Assembly: GCA_029261035.1 (NCBI GenBank)
Contig: JAJDCD010000023.1
Span: 301,126 to 365,125, forward strand
Source: Candidatus Omnitrophota bacterium
Lineage (GTDB): Bacteria; Omnitrophota; Omnitrophia; Omnitrophales; JACROU01
Length of the DNA stretch: 64,000 nucleotides
Direction: 5' to 3'
Shown piece by piece: positions 35,237-45,663 of the stretch. The notes beneath the pieces were generated by a model. It saw nothing but the letters and a program-made list of their open reading frames with translations. It did not search any database and was not told where the DNA came from. Made by a program: the position numbers and the translations under genes. Each line of letters starts with the position of its first letter. Positions within the stretch are counted from its first letter, which is position 1.

Positions 35237-36064
35237 TTGAGGGTTTATTTGTTTCGGGATGAGACATTGGTGGATGTGGATAGGGTTGAGGGGGTGGATT
35301 ATTTTGAGGGGCCTTCTTTTAATGTGTTTGAGAGCATTCGTACTTATGGGGGGATTCCGTTTCAACTTGAAGAGCATTTACAGCGGTTGAGGGAATCGTC
35401 TGTTACTTCAGGTCTTGAGTTAAAAGATGCGGCTTCTGAGCTTAAGAAGAAGGTAATGGCTTGTTTAAAGCAGGTTCCTAGAGGTGATTATTTTATTCGC
35501 TTAACGTTAACTCCCAAACATTTTTGGATTCTTTTTCTTCCTGAGAAGAAGAGGGACAAAGCTATTTATCAAAAGGGTGTTTCCGTTCGGACAGCCCCTA
35601 CAGTAAGACATTCTTCGCATAGCTCTTATCCGGGAGTGAAGAGTTCTAATTTTCTAAATCAGGTGTTGGGCACTTTGGATATGGGAAAAAAAGAAGTTTT
35701 TGAGATTATGTTTCTGTCTCCTTCAGGAGAGCTTCAGGAGGCGAGAACCTGGAATTTTTTTCTTATTAAGAAGGGCACTTTGAGAACACCTGATTTACCA
35801 GGGATCCTGGGTGGAGTGACCCGTAAGTTTGTGATAGAATTAGCCTCCATTTTAAGTATTCCTGTTGAGGAGACAACGTTGAGTCGAGCGGACGCTTATA
35901 ATGCGGATGAAGCTTTTTTGACGAATACTTCAGGTGAGATTGTTCCCATTCAAGAGTGGGATGGTAGAAAGATCGGAAATGGAAAGTTGGGACCTTTAAC
36001 TAAAAGTTTAACAAAGAAATATAAGCAAGAAGTAAGGAATTGGGTGAAGCGGAATGAAAAATAA
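35237..36064 (+). CDS. pabC: Class IV aminotransferase, probably aminodeoxychorismate lyase
   Basis: FETIRTYGG..PF.LEEHLQRL is a fold-type IV PLP enzyme signature. It overlaps purH by 11 bp. Confidence 0.6.
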   Translation: MRVYLFRDETLVDVDRVEGVDYFEGPSFNVFESIRTYGGIPFQLEEHLQRLRESSVTSGLELKDAASELKKKVMACLKQVPRGDYFIRLTLTPKHFWILFLPEKKRDKAIYQKGVSVRTAPTVRHSSHSSYPGVKSSNFLNQVLGTLDMGKKEVFEIMFLSPSGELQEARTWNFFLIKKGTLRTPDLPGILGGVTRKFVIELASILSIPVEETTLSRADAYNADEAFLTNTSGEIVPIQEWDGRKIGNGKLGPLTKSLTKKYKQEVRNWVKRNEK

Positions 36065-37604
36065 GTTAGCGCTTGTGAGTGTTTCAGATAAATCAGGGCT
36101 AGCTCCTTTTTGTCGAGGTTTGAGAAAAATGGGGTACGATATTGTGTCGACAGGGGGAACTTTAAAGTTTTTAAAGAAAAATAAAATTGCGGTTCAATCC
36201 ATTTCTGAGCTCACTGAATTTCCAGAAATATTAGATGGACGTGTGAAGACTTTGCATCCGAAAGTGCATGGAGGTTTGCTTTATCGAAGAAATGATGTGA
36301 ATCATAAGAAGCAAGTTAAAGAGCATGAGATTCAGCCTATTGATATGGTTGTTGTTAATCTTTATCCTTTTAAAGCGGTTGTTCAAAAGCCTAATGTCAA
36401 ATTTCAAGATGCGATTGAGAATATTGATATTGGAGGTCCTAGCATGTTGCGTTCTGCAGCGAAAAACTTTGAATCTGTTGCCGTTGTGACAGATCCTCAA
36501 GATTACGCATCTGTTTTAGAAGAAATGCAAAAAGCTAAAGGTAAAATCTCTTTAAGTACACGAAAAAAATTGTCGGCCAAGGTTTTTCAATTAACCAGTC
36601 GTTATGATGCCTTAATCGGATCTTTTCTCTCTGAAGATTCTGAAATACTTCCTGAAACAATCAACTTATCCTTTCAAAAAAAGAACCCTTTACGTTATGG
36701 AGAAAATCCACACCAACAAGCGGCTGTTTATGAGATGGAAACAACTCATCCTGAAATTTTTCCAGAGCAGTTGAGTGGAAAAGAATTGTCTTATAATAAC
36801 TTATTGGATACATTTGCTACGCTTTCAATTATTCAGGAATTTTCTAAACCTTCAGCGTGTGTAATTAAACATAACAACCCTTGCGGCATTGCGCAAAGCA
36901 CACAACTTGCAGATGCTGTTTCTAAAGCTATTGAATGTGATTCTCAATCTGCATTTGGTGGGATTGTGGGTTTAAATAAGAAGTGTGATTCAAAAACAGC
37001 AAAAGTCTTGTTGGAGCAACTTCGTTTTTTTGAAGTTGTTATTGCGCCAGATTATGATTCGAAAGCTCTAGCGGCTTTGAAAAAGAGAAAAAATTTACGT
37101 ATTCTTAAAGTTGATTTAAAAAAAACATCAGAGCGGTTTTCATATCAAATTAATAACGGATCTCTTCTGCTTCAAGAACGCAACACGTCTTTGGTCGAGC
37201 GAGAACAGAAAATTCTTAAAGGCCTTAAGTGGGTGACAAAGGTTAAAGGGAGCAAGAAAGATGCTGAGGATCTTTTATTTGCTTGGAAATGCGCAAAGCA
37301 AGTAAAGTCGAATGCTATTGTTTTGACCCAAGGCTCACAGACGGTTGGTATTGGTGCGGGACAAATGTCTCGTGTGGATTCGGTTCGAATTGCTTGTGAT
37401 AAGGCAGGTAATAAGACTCAAGGGGCTCTTCTCGCAAGTGATGGATTTTTCCCAATGCCTGACAATATCGAAGTAGCTAGCCGCCATGGAATTCGATTGA
37501 TCATACAACCTGGAGGTTCAATTAAGGACCCGGATGTCATAGAAGCTTGTGATTTTTATGGTATTGGTATGTGTCTTACAGGGGAACGCCACTTTAAGCA
37601 CTAA
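36054..37604 (+). CDS. purH: Bifunctional AICAR transformylase / IMP cyclohydrolase PurH
   Basis: N-terminal MGS-like domain (ALVSVSDKSGL..., STGGT) and C-terminal AICARFT domain. Confidence 0.9.
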   Translation: MKNKLALVSVSDKSGLAPFCRGLRKMGYDIVSTGGTLKFLKKNKIAVQSISELTEFPEILDGRVKTLHPKVHGGLLYRRNDVNHKKQVKEHEIQPIDMVVVNLYPFKAVVQKPNVKFQDAIENIDIGGPSMLRSAAKNFESVAVVTDPQDYASVLEEMQKAKGKISLSTRKKLSAKVFQLTSRYDALIGSFLSEDSEILPETINLSFQKKNPLRYGENPHQQAAVYEMETTHPEIFPEQLSGKELSYNNLLDTFATLSIIQEFSKPSACVIKHNNPCGIAQSTQLADAVSKAIECDSQSAFGGIVGLNKKCDSKTAKVLLEQLRFFEVVIAPDYDSKALAALKKRKNLRILKVDLKKTSERFSYQINNGSLLLQERNTSLVEREQKILKGLKWVTKVKGSKKDAEDLLFAWKCAKQVKSNAIVLTQGSQTVGIGAGQMSRVDSVRIACDKAGNKTQGALLASDGFFPMPDNIEVASRHGIRLIIQPGGSIKDPDVIEACDFYGIGMCLTGERHFKH

Positions 37605-37625
37605 GGGGGTGTTGTTTGGGGTTTC

Positions 37626-37718
37626 TTGTCATTCTGAGCATAGCGAAGAATCTCAGACAAATAGCATATCATCCTAATCCATTTAGATTCTTCGTCGTTA
37701 CACTCCTCAGAATGACAA
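37626..37718. repeat. Family B element
   Basis: TTGTCATTCTGAGC ... GCGAAGAATCTC ... AGATTCTTCGTCG ... CTCAGAATGACAA. Confidence 0.85.
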
Positions 37719-37757
37719 ACAACTTAAAGGCTTATCAAGCGCTATAAACAGGACATC

Positions 37758-39092
37758 ATGATGACCTATACATCTGCAATCCAATTTTTAGATTCCTTTA
37801 TTAATTTTGAACAAATAAAGAATTTTAATCCAAATCGATGTTTTAATTTAGAGAGAATGAGATTATTCCTCAGTTGGTTTGAAGCTCCTCAGAATAATTA
37901 TCCTTCTGTACTTATTGCTGGAACTAAAGGAAAAGGTTCTACAGCTGCTTTTCTAACTTCTATTTTGAAAGAGTCGGGATATAAAGTTGGAACTTATATT
38001 TCTCCGCACCTTCAGCACGAAAGAGAACGTATCCAGATTAATCAACAACACATTTCAGAAAAAGAGTTTGTTTTAGGCGTTGAGCTGATCAAAAAAAAAT
38101 TCCAAAATAAAAAAATTCCAAAAGAATTAGGGCGACCTACTTATTATGAACTATTTACGCTTCTAACCTTTATTTTGTTTAAAAAGAAAAAAGTAGATAT
38201 TGCTGTTATTGAAGTGGGGATGGGTGGAAGGCTGGATGCAACCAATGTACTAGAGCCTCTTTGTTCTGTTATTACGAGCATTAGTTTAGATCATCAAGAT
38301 CAATTAGGGAACACTGTTGCAAAAATAGCTAAGGAGAAAGCAGATATTTTTCGAACCGGTAAATTAGCCGTTTCGGCCGAACAAGACAAAGAGGCGATGA
38401 AACAAATCCGATTCATAGCGAAGCAAAAGAAATCTTTTTTGTTTGAGGATAAAATAGATTTCTCCGTTTCTTTGAAAAAGATGAGCTCACAAGGCTTGGA
38501 GTTTACTTTCTCTATGAAATCTGTTTTAGGAAATAAAGCAATTCAATTTAAAACACCGTTGACAGGAGAGTTTCAGTTAAAGAATGCAGGTCTTGCTGTT
38601 GCTACAGCGTTATTAATAAAGAAAGAGGGTTGTAAGAAGATCTCCACCGCCTCGATAAGCCAAGGTTTGAAAAGAGTGAAGTGGCCTGGTCGTTTTGAGA
38701 TTGTTTCTCAAAAACCCTATATTGTTTTGGATGGAGCACATAATGGGGATTCTATGAAGAGCCTCGTTAGAAGTATTAAAAAAATTTTCCCTAAATATTG
38801 TGTGATTCCTATTCTTAGTGTATCTTGGGGGAAAGATGTGGCAGTTATCGCTAAGGAGCTAAGCGGAGTTTCGGAAAGAGTTATTTTGACAGAAACGGAA
38901 CACTCTCGATCTTATGAAGTTGGAGACTTGCTAGAGCAAGTTGCTCCTTATTTTAAACGTATCGAGATAGCATCTTCTGTTGAAAAAGCGATTCAATTAG
39001 CACGTATTTCTATGCAGCCCAAAGAGATTCTTTTGATTACAGGCTCCTTATTTTTAGTTGGAGAAGCCCGGACTTTATCTCAGCTGACATAG
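37758..39092 (+). CDS. folC: Folylpolyglutamate synthase / dihydrofolate synthase FolC
   Basis: Mur-ligase P-loop AGTKGKGST and HLQHERERI region. Confidence 0.8.
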   Translation: MMTYTSAIQFLDSFINFEQIKNFNPNRCFNLERMRLFLSWFEAPQNNYPSVLIAGTKGKGSTAAFLTSILKESGYKVGTYISPHLQHERERIQINQQHISEKEFVLGVELIKKKFQNKKIPKELGRPTYYELFTLLTFILFKKKKVDIAVIEVGMGGRLDATNVLEPLCSVITSISLDHQDQLGNTVAKIAKEKADIFRTGKLAVSAEQDKEAMKQIRFIAKQKKSFLFEDKIDFSVSLKKMSSQGLEFTFSMKSVLGNKAIQFKTPLTGEFQLKNAGLAVATALLIKKEGCKKISTASISQGLKRVKWPGRFEIVSQKPYIVLDGAHNGDSMKSLVRSIKKIFPKYCVIPILSVSWGKDVAVIAKELSGVSERVILTETEHSRSYEVGDLLEQVAPYFKRIEIASSVEKAIQLARISMQPKEILLITGSLFLVGEARTLSQLT

Positions 39093-39139
39093 TTAGATTC
39101 ATATGGACTTATTTTTTTGGCCACCCTTAGTTGGGTACC

Positions 39140-39173
39140 TAGTGTGCCTGGTCTTTAGACCTGGCACACACTA
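39140..39173. repeat. Family E palindrome
   Basis: TAGTGTGCCTGGTCTTTAGACCTGGCACACACTA. Confidence 0.8.
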
Positions 39174-39214
39174 AATTTTACCGTTTTCACATTCTCAGAA
39201 GTAAAGGAGCTTAA

Positions 39215-40603
39215 GTGCCCAATATTAATTTAGATGACACGATTGCTGCTATATCAACCCCTATTGGTGAAGGGGGGATTGGCATTGTCCGTATGAGCGG
39301 GCCTCAAGCTATCGAAGTAAGTGATGTTTTATTTAAAGCGAAATCCGGGAAAGCATTAGCAAAGGTAAAACCTTTTACGGTGCATTTTGGATTTGTTATG
39401 GATGATGAACGGGTTGTTGACGAAGTGCTGGTTACCGTGTTTAAGTCTCCAAAATCATATACAAGCCAGGACATGGTTGAGATTTCAAGCCATGGAGGGA
39501 TTGTGGTTACCCGTAAAATTTTAGACCTTATTTTCAAACAAGGAATTCGTGCTGCAGAACCCGGAGAGTTTACCAAACGAGCGTTTTTAAGTGGAAGATT
39601 AGATTTAACTCAAGCAGAAGCGGTGTTGGATGTGATTCAAGCAAAGACGGATGCGAGTTTGTCTGTCGCACAAGAGCAGCTTAAAGGGAGTTTGTCGAAA
39701 AAAGTTAAAAGTATTAAGGACAAGCTGATGCATGTCTATGCGCATGTGGAAGCGTTTGTGGATTTTCCTCAAGAAGATTTGGAAGTTTATTCTCAAAAAG
39801 AGGTGATTGAAAAAATAAAGGAAGTTGAGAGTGAGATTAACGAGCTTTTATTGAGTTATCAAAAAGGGGAAATTGTTCGCGAAGGAATACTGAGTGTTAT
39901 TGTGGGCCGTCCTAATGTTGGCAAATCTTCTCTTCTAAATGCGTTACTGGATAGAGATCGCGCTCTTGTTTCGGATGTTCCTGGAACAACACGAGATGCG
40001 CTAGAAGAGATGATTGAGTTAGAGGGCATTTTGTTTCGGTTGTGTGATACGGCTGGGCTTGGGGTTTTTGCGGACAAGATAGATACGTTGAGTATGGAGA
40101 GAACGAAGAAGTATTTAGATCAAGGCAATGTCTTTCTCTGGGTTTTAGACTCTTCAGAAGAGTTTAAAGAAGAAGATAAGAATATTGTGGCGATGGTTAA
40201 AAACAAAAAAGTAATTCCCGTTTTGAATAAGAGCGATCTTCCAGCACAATGGAAGTGGGAAGAGGTTCAAAAACAGTTTCAGATGGATGTGGAGCCGGTG
40301 CTTATTTCTGCTAAGAATAGAGAAGGGTTGAGCGAATTGGAAAAGCGAATGAAAGAGTTGGTTTGGGAGGGAAAAGTTACTACCGAAGGTATTGCGGTAA
40401 CTCGGGTGCGGCATAAAGCGGCATTGGAACAAGCTCTTATTGATTTGGCTCAGGCGGGGGTTGTGTTTCAGAATAAGGATTCTTTGGAGTTTTTGACGTT
40501 TAATATTAAGGCGGCTTTGGATTCTTTGAGTGAGTTGATTGGGGAAGTTTATTCTGAGGATTTGTTGGATGTTATTTTTGGGGAGTTTTGTATTGGGAAG
40601 TAA
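39215..40603 (+). CDS. mnmE: tRNA modification GTPase MnmE (TrmE)
   Basis: N-terminal THF-binding domain, G-domain GRPNVGKSSL / DTAG, and the C-terminal CIGK tail. Confidence 0.9.
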   Translation: MPNINLDDTIAAISTPIGEGGIGIVRMSGPQAIEVSDVLFKAKSGKALAKVKPFTVHFGFVMDDERVVDEVLVTVFKSPKSYTSQDMVEISSHGGIVVTRKILDLIFKQGIRAAEPGEFTKRAFLSGRLDLTQAEAVLDVIQAKTDASLSVAQEQLKGSLSKKVKSIKDKLMHVYAHVEAFVDFPQEDLEVYSQKEVIEKIKEVESEINELLLSYQKGEIVREGILSVIVGRPNVGKSSLLNALLDRDRALVSDVPGTTRDALEEMIELEGILFRLCDTAGLGVFADKIDTLSMERTKKYLDQGNVFLWVLDSSEEFKEEDKNIVAMVKNKKVIPVLNKSDLPAQWKWEEVQKQFQMDVEPVLISAKNREGLSELEKRMKELVWEGKVTTEGIAVTRVRHKAALEQALIDLAQAGVVFQNKDSLEFLTFNIKAALDSLSELIGEVYSEDLLDVIFGEFCIGK

Positions 40604-40624
40604 GGGGGTTTATAGTTGGGTTGC

Positions 40625-40710
40625 GGCTAGAGAATGTTCCCTGGCGCTCAGACAGCACAAAAATTGAGAAGCGATTTTTGTGAACTCGCGGCGGGGAACA
40701 TTCTCTAGCC
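40625..40710. repeat. Family C element
   Basis: GGCTAGAGAATGTTCCCTGGCGCTCAGACAGCACAAAAATTG ... TTTTTGTGAACTCGCGGCGGGGAACATTCTCTAGCC. Confidence 0.85.
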
Positions 40711-40742
40711 TTTTAAGTTATAAACTTTGGGTGGGGAGTGTT

Positions 40743-40815
40743 GAAAGCCGGAGCTGCATCGAGCAGCTCCGGCTTTCTTGGTTTAGGGTGTTTCGTTATT
40801 GTGTAAATAACGAAA
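40743..40815. repeat. H1 plus H2 modules
   Basis: GAAAGCCGGAGCTGCATCGAGCAGCTCCGGCTTTC ... GTTTCGTTATTGTGTAAATAACGAAAC. Confidence 0.8.
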
Positions 40816-40907
40816 CTCGTTTTTATTTTTTTGGTTTGGACTTGTTGTAGGGATAAAGGCATTTGTTGAATAGAGGGGTTGGTTTAGGATTTATTAAAGA
40901 TAAAGAA

Positions 40908-40995
40908 TGTTGTCATTCCCGAAATCTTTTGTCGGGAATCCAGGTTGTTTTTGTTTGTGGATCCCCGATAAAAACATTCGGGGATGACAGCCTTA
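40908..40995. repeat. Family B-variant nested hairpins
   Basis: TGTCATTCCCGAAATCTTTTGTCGGGAATCC ... GGATCCCCGATAAAAACATTCGGGGATGACAGC. Confidence 0.7.
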
Positions 40996-40996
40996 C

Positions 40997-43900
40997 CTAT
41001 GCCGCTTGGGCGATTTGTCGTTGGGTGAAGGCTTGGGTGAAGAGTTGTTGTAGGTGGTCGCTTAGCTGTAAGATCCATCGGTCTTTGGCTTTTTTCCAGA
41101 TGCCGAAGAGGTCGCGTTTTCCTTGGAAGAGGAATTCGATGGCTGCTGTGGGAGCGTATAAACTTTGTTCTACACTTAAGATTTCTGTGGTGCTTGCGCT
41201 TACTTCTGTTTGACCCAGTAAGTGGATTGCGTGGGTATTTGTGTTTCGTTTTAAGCGGTGTGCGTAGTCGTTGAGGTGGTCTTTGCTTCCGAATCGAGCG
41301 TTTCCTTCTAATTCAGGAAGCGGGCTCCAGTCGTTTGTCTCTTTGAGAATGAGGATATCTCTTTTCTTTTGTTTGAGATGGTAGTTTAATTCTTCTAGTT
41401 CTGAAGGACTCATTTGTCTTAAGGTTTCGACTGAAATGATAAAGGTTATTTTGTTTTGAAGTTGATCTGCTCGGTTAAAAATTTGAGAAACCTTTCCGGA
41501 GTCTTTTAGTTTCCATGGAAGAGTAATTCCTAAACTAGACCCTTCAGACTTTTCTTTTTCTATTTCTATTTTCTTTATTACTTTTGAAAATTCTTTTCTC
41601 CATGTGGATGTGCCATGAGAAGAGACAAGGCCATACCCGAGAAGCATATTATCTCTTTCCATATCTTTAAGCAGTCTAAAATTTTTAGGATTTCTTATAT
41701 CCTCATCTGTTATAACAAGAAAAAAAGGAGGGGAGTCTATAGTTCTTTTGAATAACGTGGCAAGATCGTAAACGGTTGTATCTGAGGTTAGAAAGCCCGT
41801 AGATACCCCCGTATGAAATAAGGATATGACCAAGTCAAAGGAATCGCTTTTCATGGCTTTGTTGGCATAAACAGCGCTTCCTTTTTCAGCAATTTCAAAA
41901 TCTATTTGTAGATCCGAGCTAATGCGGTCTAAGCCTCTTTTCACTTTTTCTCGTAACTCTTGTTTAACGCCAACAAGAAGAATTTTGTAGCTGGGTTTTT
42001 TCTCTGAGGCATTTCCTAAACTATTTGCATCAGATTTAGGGGGATTTTTTGTTTGTGCATTTGAGCCCCATTTAGGTTTTTTTATCTTTTCAAGGTCATC
42101 AAGAATGGATTTCATTCGACCTGAATCCAGGTTGTGTTTGTGCATGTGGTCGTGATGAGAAGGGGATTCTTCAATTTGAGCTAATTTTTTTTGAAATGCC
42201 TGGATGTCTAGACCTGTCTTTTTTGGACTTTCTGGAGTAAGTATGATTGTTGGAATCTTAATCTCATCATTATCTAAGGTGGATAAAAGGGCATCAGCTG
42301 TGGTGTTCGTTTTAGTCCACCATCCTGTTGTTCCTGTAACAAAATAAGAAATAACAAGGTTGAACGGTGCAGAGCTTCCGTTTGCTTTTTTTATTGCTGT
42401 AACTGCTTTTTTATTCCCTGTTACAGTGACGATTTCAAATTCTCGTCCCAAAATTTGTCCCAACTTTCCAAGTTTTTCTACTATAAAGGGAGTGTCTGTG
42501 TTAAGCCCAACAACTAAAATTTTTTTAACTTGACCTAAACTAGAGGCTTTAATAACTTTGTGCACCTTTACCGTGTTTAAAAATACGATTTTGGTTGCGA
42601 TGGCATCGGGTGTAGAGCGGTGCATACGTGTCTGAACACCGAAAGTGGCAAGTAAAGCGCCGAGATTATGGCTGATGCCGGGATAGAAAGAACGAGAAGA
42701 GCTAAGGGTGTCATAGGCAAAAAAACGGGGTTTGTTTTTTGCTAAGCCGTCATCGGGATTTTCGATTTTAGAAAAGGGAGTTGGAAGTTCAGTTCCTTGG
42801 TTGACGACTTGAATACGAAAAGGGCCTAACCCAAAATGATCCATTTCTCTTTGTATCAGCAGAGAGTCATAAGGGGCGTTGTGCATTACGAGCAATGATT
42901 TTTTGTAACGTTTTAAAAATTCGAGTATGTCTGGAAAAGCCTTTTCCGCTGGAATTCCTTTTTCCAAAATTTCTTTTTTTGTGATCCCTGTAAACTCTTC
43001 AATGTTGAAAGGCATATTGAAATTACCATCGGGTTTAATCAAGAGGGATACGCGCTCAACTTCTTGGAGTCCTTTATAGGCAATCGCGGTAAGCTCTATA
43101 ATTCTTGATTCTCTAATATTAAGGCCAGTGCTTTCTAAATCGATGACTACGTATTCAAGGTCTCGAAGTGTTTCATCTAAAAGAAAATCAGGAAGCGTTT
43201 TGTTTTCAAGTTGAGCTTTATAGTAAGCAAGTTCGATTTCGTTGCTAGGGTCTCTTTGAAGTTTTTCCATAAAGGCTCTCTTGAGAATCGTCATTTTCGC
43301 TAAGAGAAGGCCTTCCACACGAGAGGGAGAGAGTTTCTGAAGGGTATTTCGATATAGTTCTTCAAAGACCAAAGGAGGTAAATCCTTAGGAGGGCTGACC
43401 ATGTTAAATAGGCGGACAACACTGTGGTCACTGACCGGTCTTGTTCGTGGTTTTCTTTCATGCTCTGACCATCGAATGATTTTAGTTTCATTCCCTGGAA
43501 GAACTAAAACGGAATGTTGTTTATTCGTTTCTTTTGGAGTGGAGGGCTTTATTTCAACTTCTTGGACTTGGGGGTCAGATTCAGGAACGAATACAGGAGT
43601 TTTTTCTGATGAGGGTTCTTCTTGAAGAGAAGCTTTTAAAAGGCGATTGATGGCCGCAAATTGTTTTTGTATTTCAACAATGCCTACATTGTCCACGCCT
43701 TTAATGTTTTGCTTGATATAAGGGATGTTGGGGACAAGGATGTTGCCAAACATAATCCCTTGAATCATTTGCCCAATTAAAGGAAAGCCAGCTTCTTTAA
43801 TTTTATTTGAGAAACGGCTTTGAATTCCTAATTCTTCTATTGGCAGATAATGAATTGCTTCAAGTTCTCCTTTTTTTGCAGCACTTTTAAGTTTGCCACC

Positions 43901-45427
43901 TAAAGGTTTACCTAGACTGGCTGCTTTTGTTTGTGCTTGTCTCCAAGCTTGCTGAAACTGTAAGCCTTTGGAATTTAAAAGCACAAATTCCTGAATGGAA
44001 CGAAGTGCTTTTGGAGAGGAAAGCGTTCTAGGGGCTGAAAGTGCAGCTTGCTCTGTAATGGTCCAATCGTCGTTGAGGCGCTTAGAATAAAATCGGTTTT
44101 CTGAAATTTGAGAGATGCGAGGGGAGATGGTGATAAAGGAAAAACCTTTTTCTTCTAATTTTTGTTCTACAAACTCTGTGTGAAAGCCGCCAGTGACAAG
44201 CACGCAGCTTAGTTTGTCGTTGGGAGTTTTGTTTTGTTCTACTTGTACGCGTTTGAAAAACTGATTCATCATGATGCTATCTCTAAGACGTGCTTTTTGG
44301 TAAAAATCATGAACGGCTAAAACAGCATTGTCTGACAAAGATTCTAAAAGAGGAGAGTCTGGAGAGATAAGGTCTAAATCTTTGCGTGTTGCTTTGAGTT
44401 GTAGTGTGTTTTTAATCGATCGAAATGTTTCTAGTTGGTCAAAGAACAGTTGATCTTCTTCTGGATCTAAATAACTTTCTTTTATGTTTTTAACTAAACG
44501 CTCCAGCTCTTCAAAAAGGTGTTGTCCTTGAATTTGTTTTAGTTTTTGTGTCAATTCCAGCTCGCTTCTAAGCTGAGGGGCATTGGCGAGGTCATCTTCT
44601 GAAATCTGTTCTCCTAATTGTTTTGCTTCTCCTAGAGTTAAGCCTAAGGAGCTGAGTTCTTGATCTAACTTTCCTTTATCTGCAAAAGCTTGCAATTGTT
44701 GTATCTTGCGAAATAAGGTTAAGTTCCGGTAGGAAGAGCTGGCGATGCTTTTGCTTTCTGCGTCAGCGAGAACGGACTCTATATAAGTTATCAGATCTAT
44801 TTTTTCTGCTTCAAATTTTCTTTCGTTGTCATAAAGAGAATTCAGTTTATCCGAGAAACGACTCTTCCTTTCTTTTTTTAATTGTTGTTCTTTCTGAATG
44901 ATGAACTGCATGATATCTGCTTGAAAAGAGCGAGCGTTGAAATACGCTTGTCTGTTTTGATTATATACTTCAGCATCTTCGAGACCAAAAAAAGAATAAT
45001 TAGAATCTGTGGTAGCAGCTAAGCTAACCCCATCCATAAGAAGATTGTCTAAGAGAAAACCGGCGATTGTTTCAAAGTTTTTATTTTTAGATAAGATTTC
45101 TAATGAGTCGGTGTAAAGTTCTCCAGAAGCTCCTTCAGCCATAATCAGATTGGTACCGAGTCGAGAGTGGAGGAAATCAATGATGTTAAAGATATTGCGA
45201 TGAGCTTCGGGTTGATCATGAGCCTCTTGGATATGAAATATGAGAGGAGCGCCTGGTTTTGAAACATGCATTTTTTTAATCGAACCCCATTCTGTAGGAA
45301 TGGGAGGAAAGGAAAAGCCGCCAACAGAAAGAGTGGCTGCAGGAGCTAGAGGAAGCTGTAAACCCATCATGGATATCATGATGAGAGAACAAGTAAGTTT
45401 TTTAAGTAGTTGTGACTTTTTGATCAT
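40997..45427 (-). CDS. Giant (about 1477 aa) secreted multidomain protein with an embedded DnaQ-like DEDDh 3'-5' exonuclease domain, paralog of 11304-17150
   Basis: Track ORF is 40997-45679. The probable start is the ATG at 45427 (MIKKSQLLKK... signal peptide), because upstream codons run through a C-family repeat. N-module motifs are LIFHIQEAHDQPEA and LVTGGFHTEFV. The exonuclease motifs Exo I VVIDLESTGL, Exo II LLVMHNAPYDSLL and Exo III MHRSTPDAIAT sit at about 42578-43160. Two internal roughly 90-aa repeats. C-terminus ...QAFTQRQIAQAA. Confidence 0.8.
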   Translation of the reverse strand: MIKKSQLLKKLTCSLIMISMMGLQLPLAPAATLSVGGFSFPPIPTEWGSIKKMHVSKPGAPLIFHIQEAHDQPEAHRNIFNIIDFLHSRLGTNLIMAEGASGELYTDSLEILSKNKNFETIAGFLLDNLLMDGVSLAATTDSNYSFFGLEDAEVYNQNRQAYFNARSFQADIMQFIIQKEQQLKKERKSRFSDKLNSLYDNERKFEAEKIDLITYIESVLADAESKSIASSSYRNLTLFRKIQQLQAFADKGKLDQELSSLGLTLGEAKQLGEQISEDDLANAPQLRSELELTQKLKQIQGQHLFEELERLVKNIKESYLDPEEDQLFFDQLETFRSIKNTLQLKATRKDLDLISPDSPLLESLSDNAVLAVHDFYQKARLRDSIMMNQFFKRVQVEQNKTPNDKLSCVLVTGGFHTEFVEQKLEEKGFSFITISPRISQISENRFYSKRLNDDWTITEQAALSAPRTLSSPKALRSIQEFVLLNSKGLQFQQAWRQAQTKAASLGKPLGGKLKSAAKKGELEAIHYLPIEELGIQSRFSNKIKEAGFPLIGQMIQGIMFGNILVPNIPYIKQNIKGVDNVGIVEIQKQFAAINRLLKASLQEEPSSEKTPVFVPESDPQVQEVEIKPSTPKETNKQHSVLVLPGNETKIIRWSEHERKPRTRPVSDHSVVRLFNMVSPPKDLPPLVFEELYRNTLQKLSPSRVEGLLLAKMTILKRAFMEKLQRDPSNEIELAYYKAQLENKTLPDFLLDETLRDLEYVVIDLESTGLNIRESRIIELTAIAYKGLQEVERVSLLIKPDGNFNMPFNIEEFTGITKKEILEKGIPAEKAFPDILEFLKRYKKSLLVMHNAPYDSLLIQREMDHFGLGPFRIQVVNQGTELPTPFSKIENPDDGLAKNKPRFFAYDTLSSSRSFYPGISHNLGALLATFGVQTRMHRSTPDAIATKIVFLNTVKVHKVIKASSLGQVKKILVVGLNTDTPFIVEKLGKLGQILGREFEIVTVTGNKKAVTAIKKANGSSAPFNLVISYFVTGTTGWWTKTNTTADALLSTLDNDEIKIPTIILTPESPKKTGLDIQAFQKKLAQIEESPSHHDHMHKHNLDSGRMKSILDDLEKIKKPKWGSNAQTKNPPKSDANSLGNASEKKPSYKILLVGVKQELREKVKRGLDRISSDLQIDFEIAEKGSAVYANKAMKSDSFDLVISLFHTGVSTGFLTSDTTVYDLATLFKRTIDSPPFFLVITDEDIRNPKNFRLLKDMERDNMLLGYGLVSSHGTSTWRKEFSKVIKKIEIEKEKSEGSSLGITLPWKLKDSGKVSQIFNRADQLQNKITFIISVETLRQMSPSELEELNYHLKQKKRDILILKETNDWSPLPELEGNARFGSKDHLNDYAHRLKRNTNTHAIHLLGQTEVSASTTEILSVEQSLYAPTAAIEFLFQGKRDLFGIWKKAKDRWILQLSDHLQQLFTQAFTQRQIAQAA

Positions 45428-45546
45428 AAGCGTATGACTCAATAGTCTTCCGTGAAGGGATTTTTCTGTCCGTGAGCTAACTATCCTAGTCGAGATTGTT
45501 TGGCTGGTCAAGGGGATTGATGGGGGCGCGTATAGGGGCCGTTGTT

Positions 45547-45628
45547 GGCCATAGGATGTTCTCCGGCGCTCAGACATGCTCGTCTGGAAAAAGACTGCGC
45601 AACTCGCGGCGGAGAACATCCTATGGCC
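45547..45628. repeat. Family C element (divergent core)
   Basis: GGCCATAGGATGTTCTCCGGCGCTCAGACATGCTCG ... GCGCAACTCGCGGCGGAGAACATCCTATGGCC. Confidence 0.8.
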
Positions 45629-45663
45629 TTTTATGTTATACGCTGAGTGGGGGTTAGAGGGTT

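Noticed and set aside
40863-41213. Plus-strand ORFs 40863-41213, 45240-45437, 45772-45990 and 48036-48266, plus minus-strand 48080-48358.
   Set aside because: They are translated out of the C/H/B repeat modules, or antisense to the giant gene or the helicase. Cys/Arg/Gly-rich low-complexity translations are characteristic of palindromic repeats.
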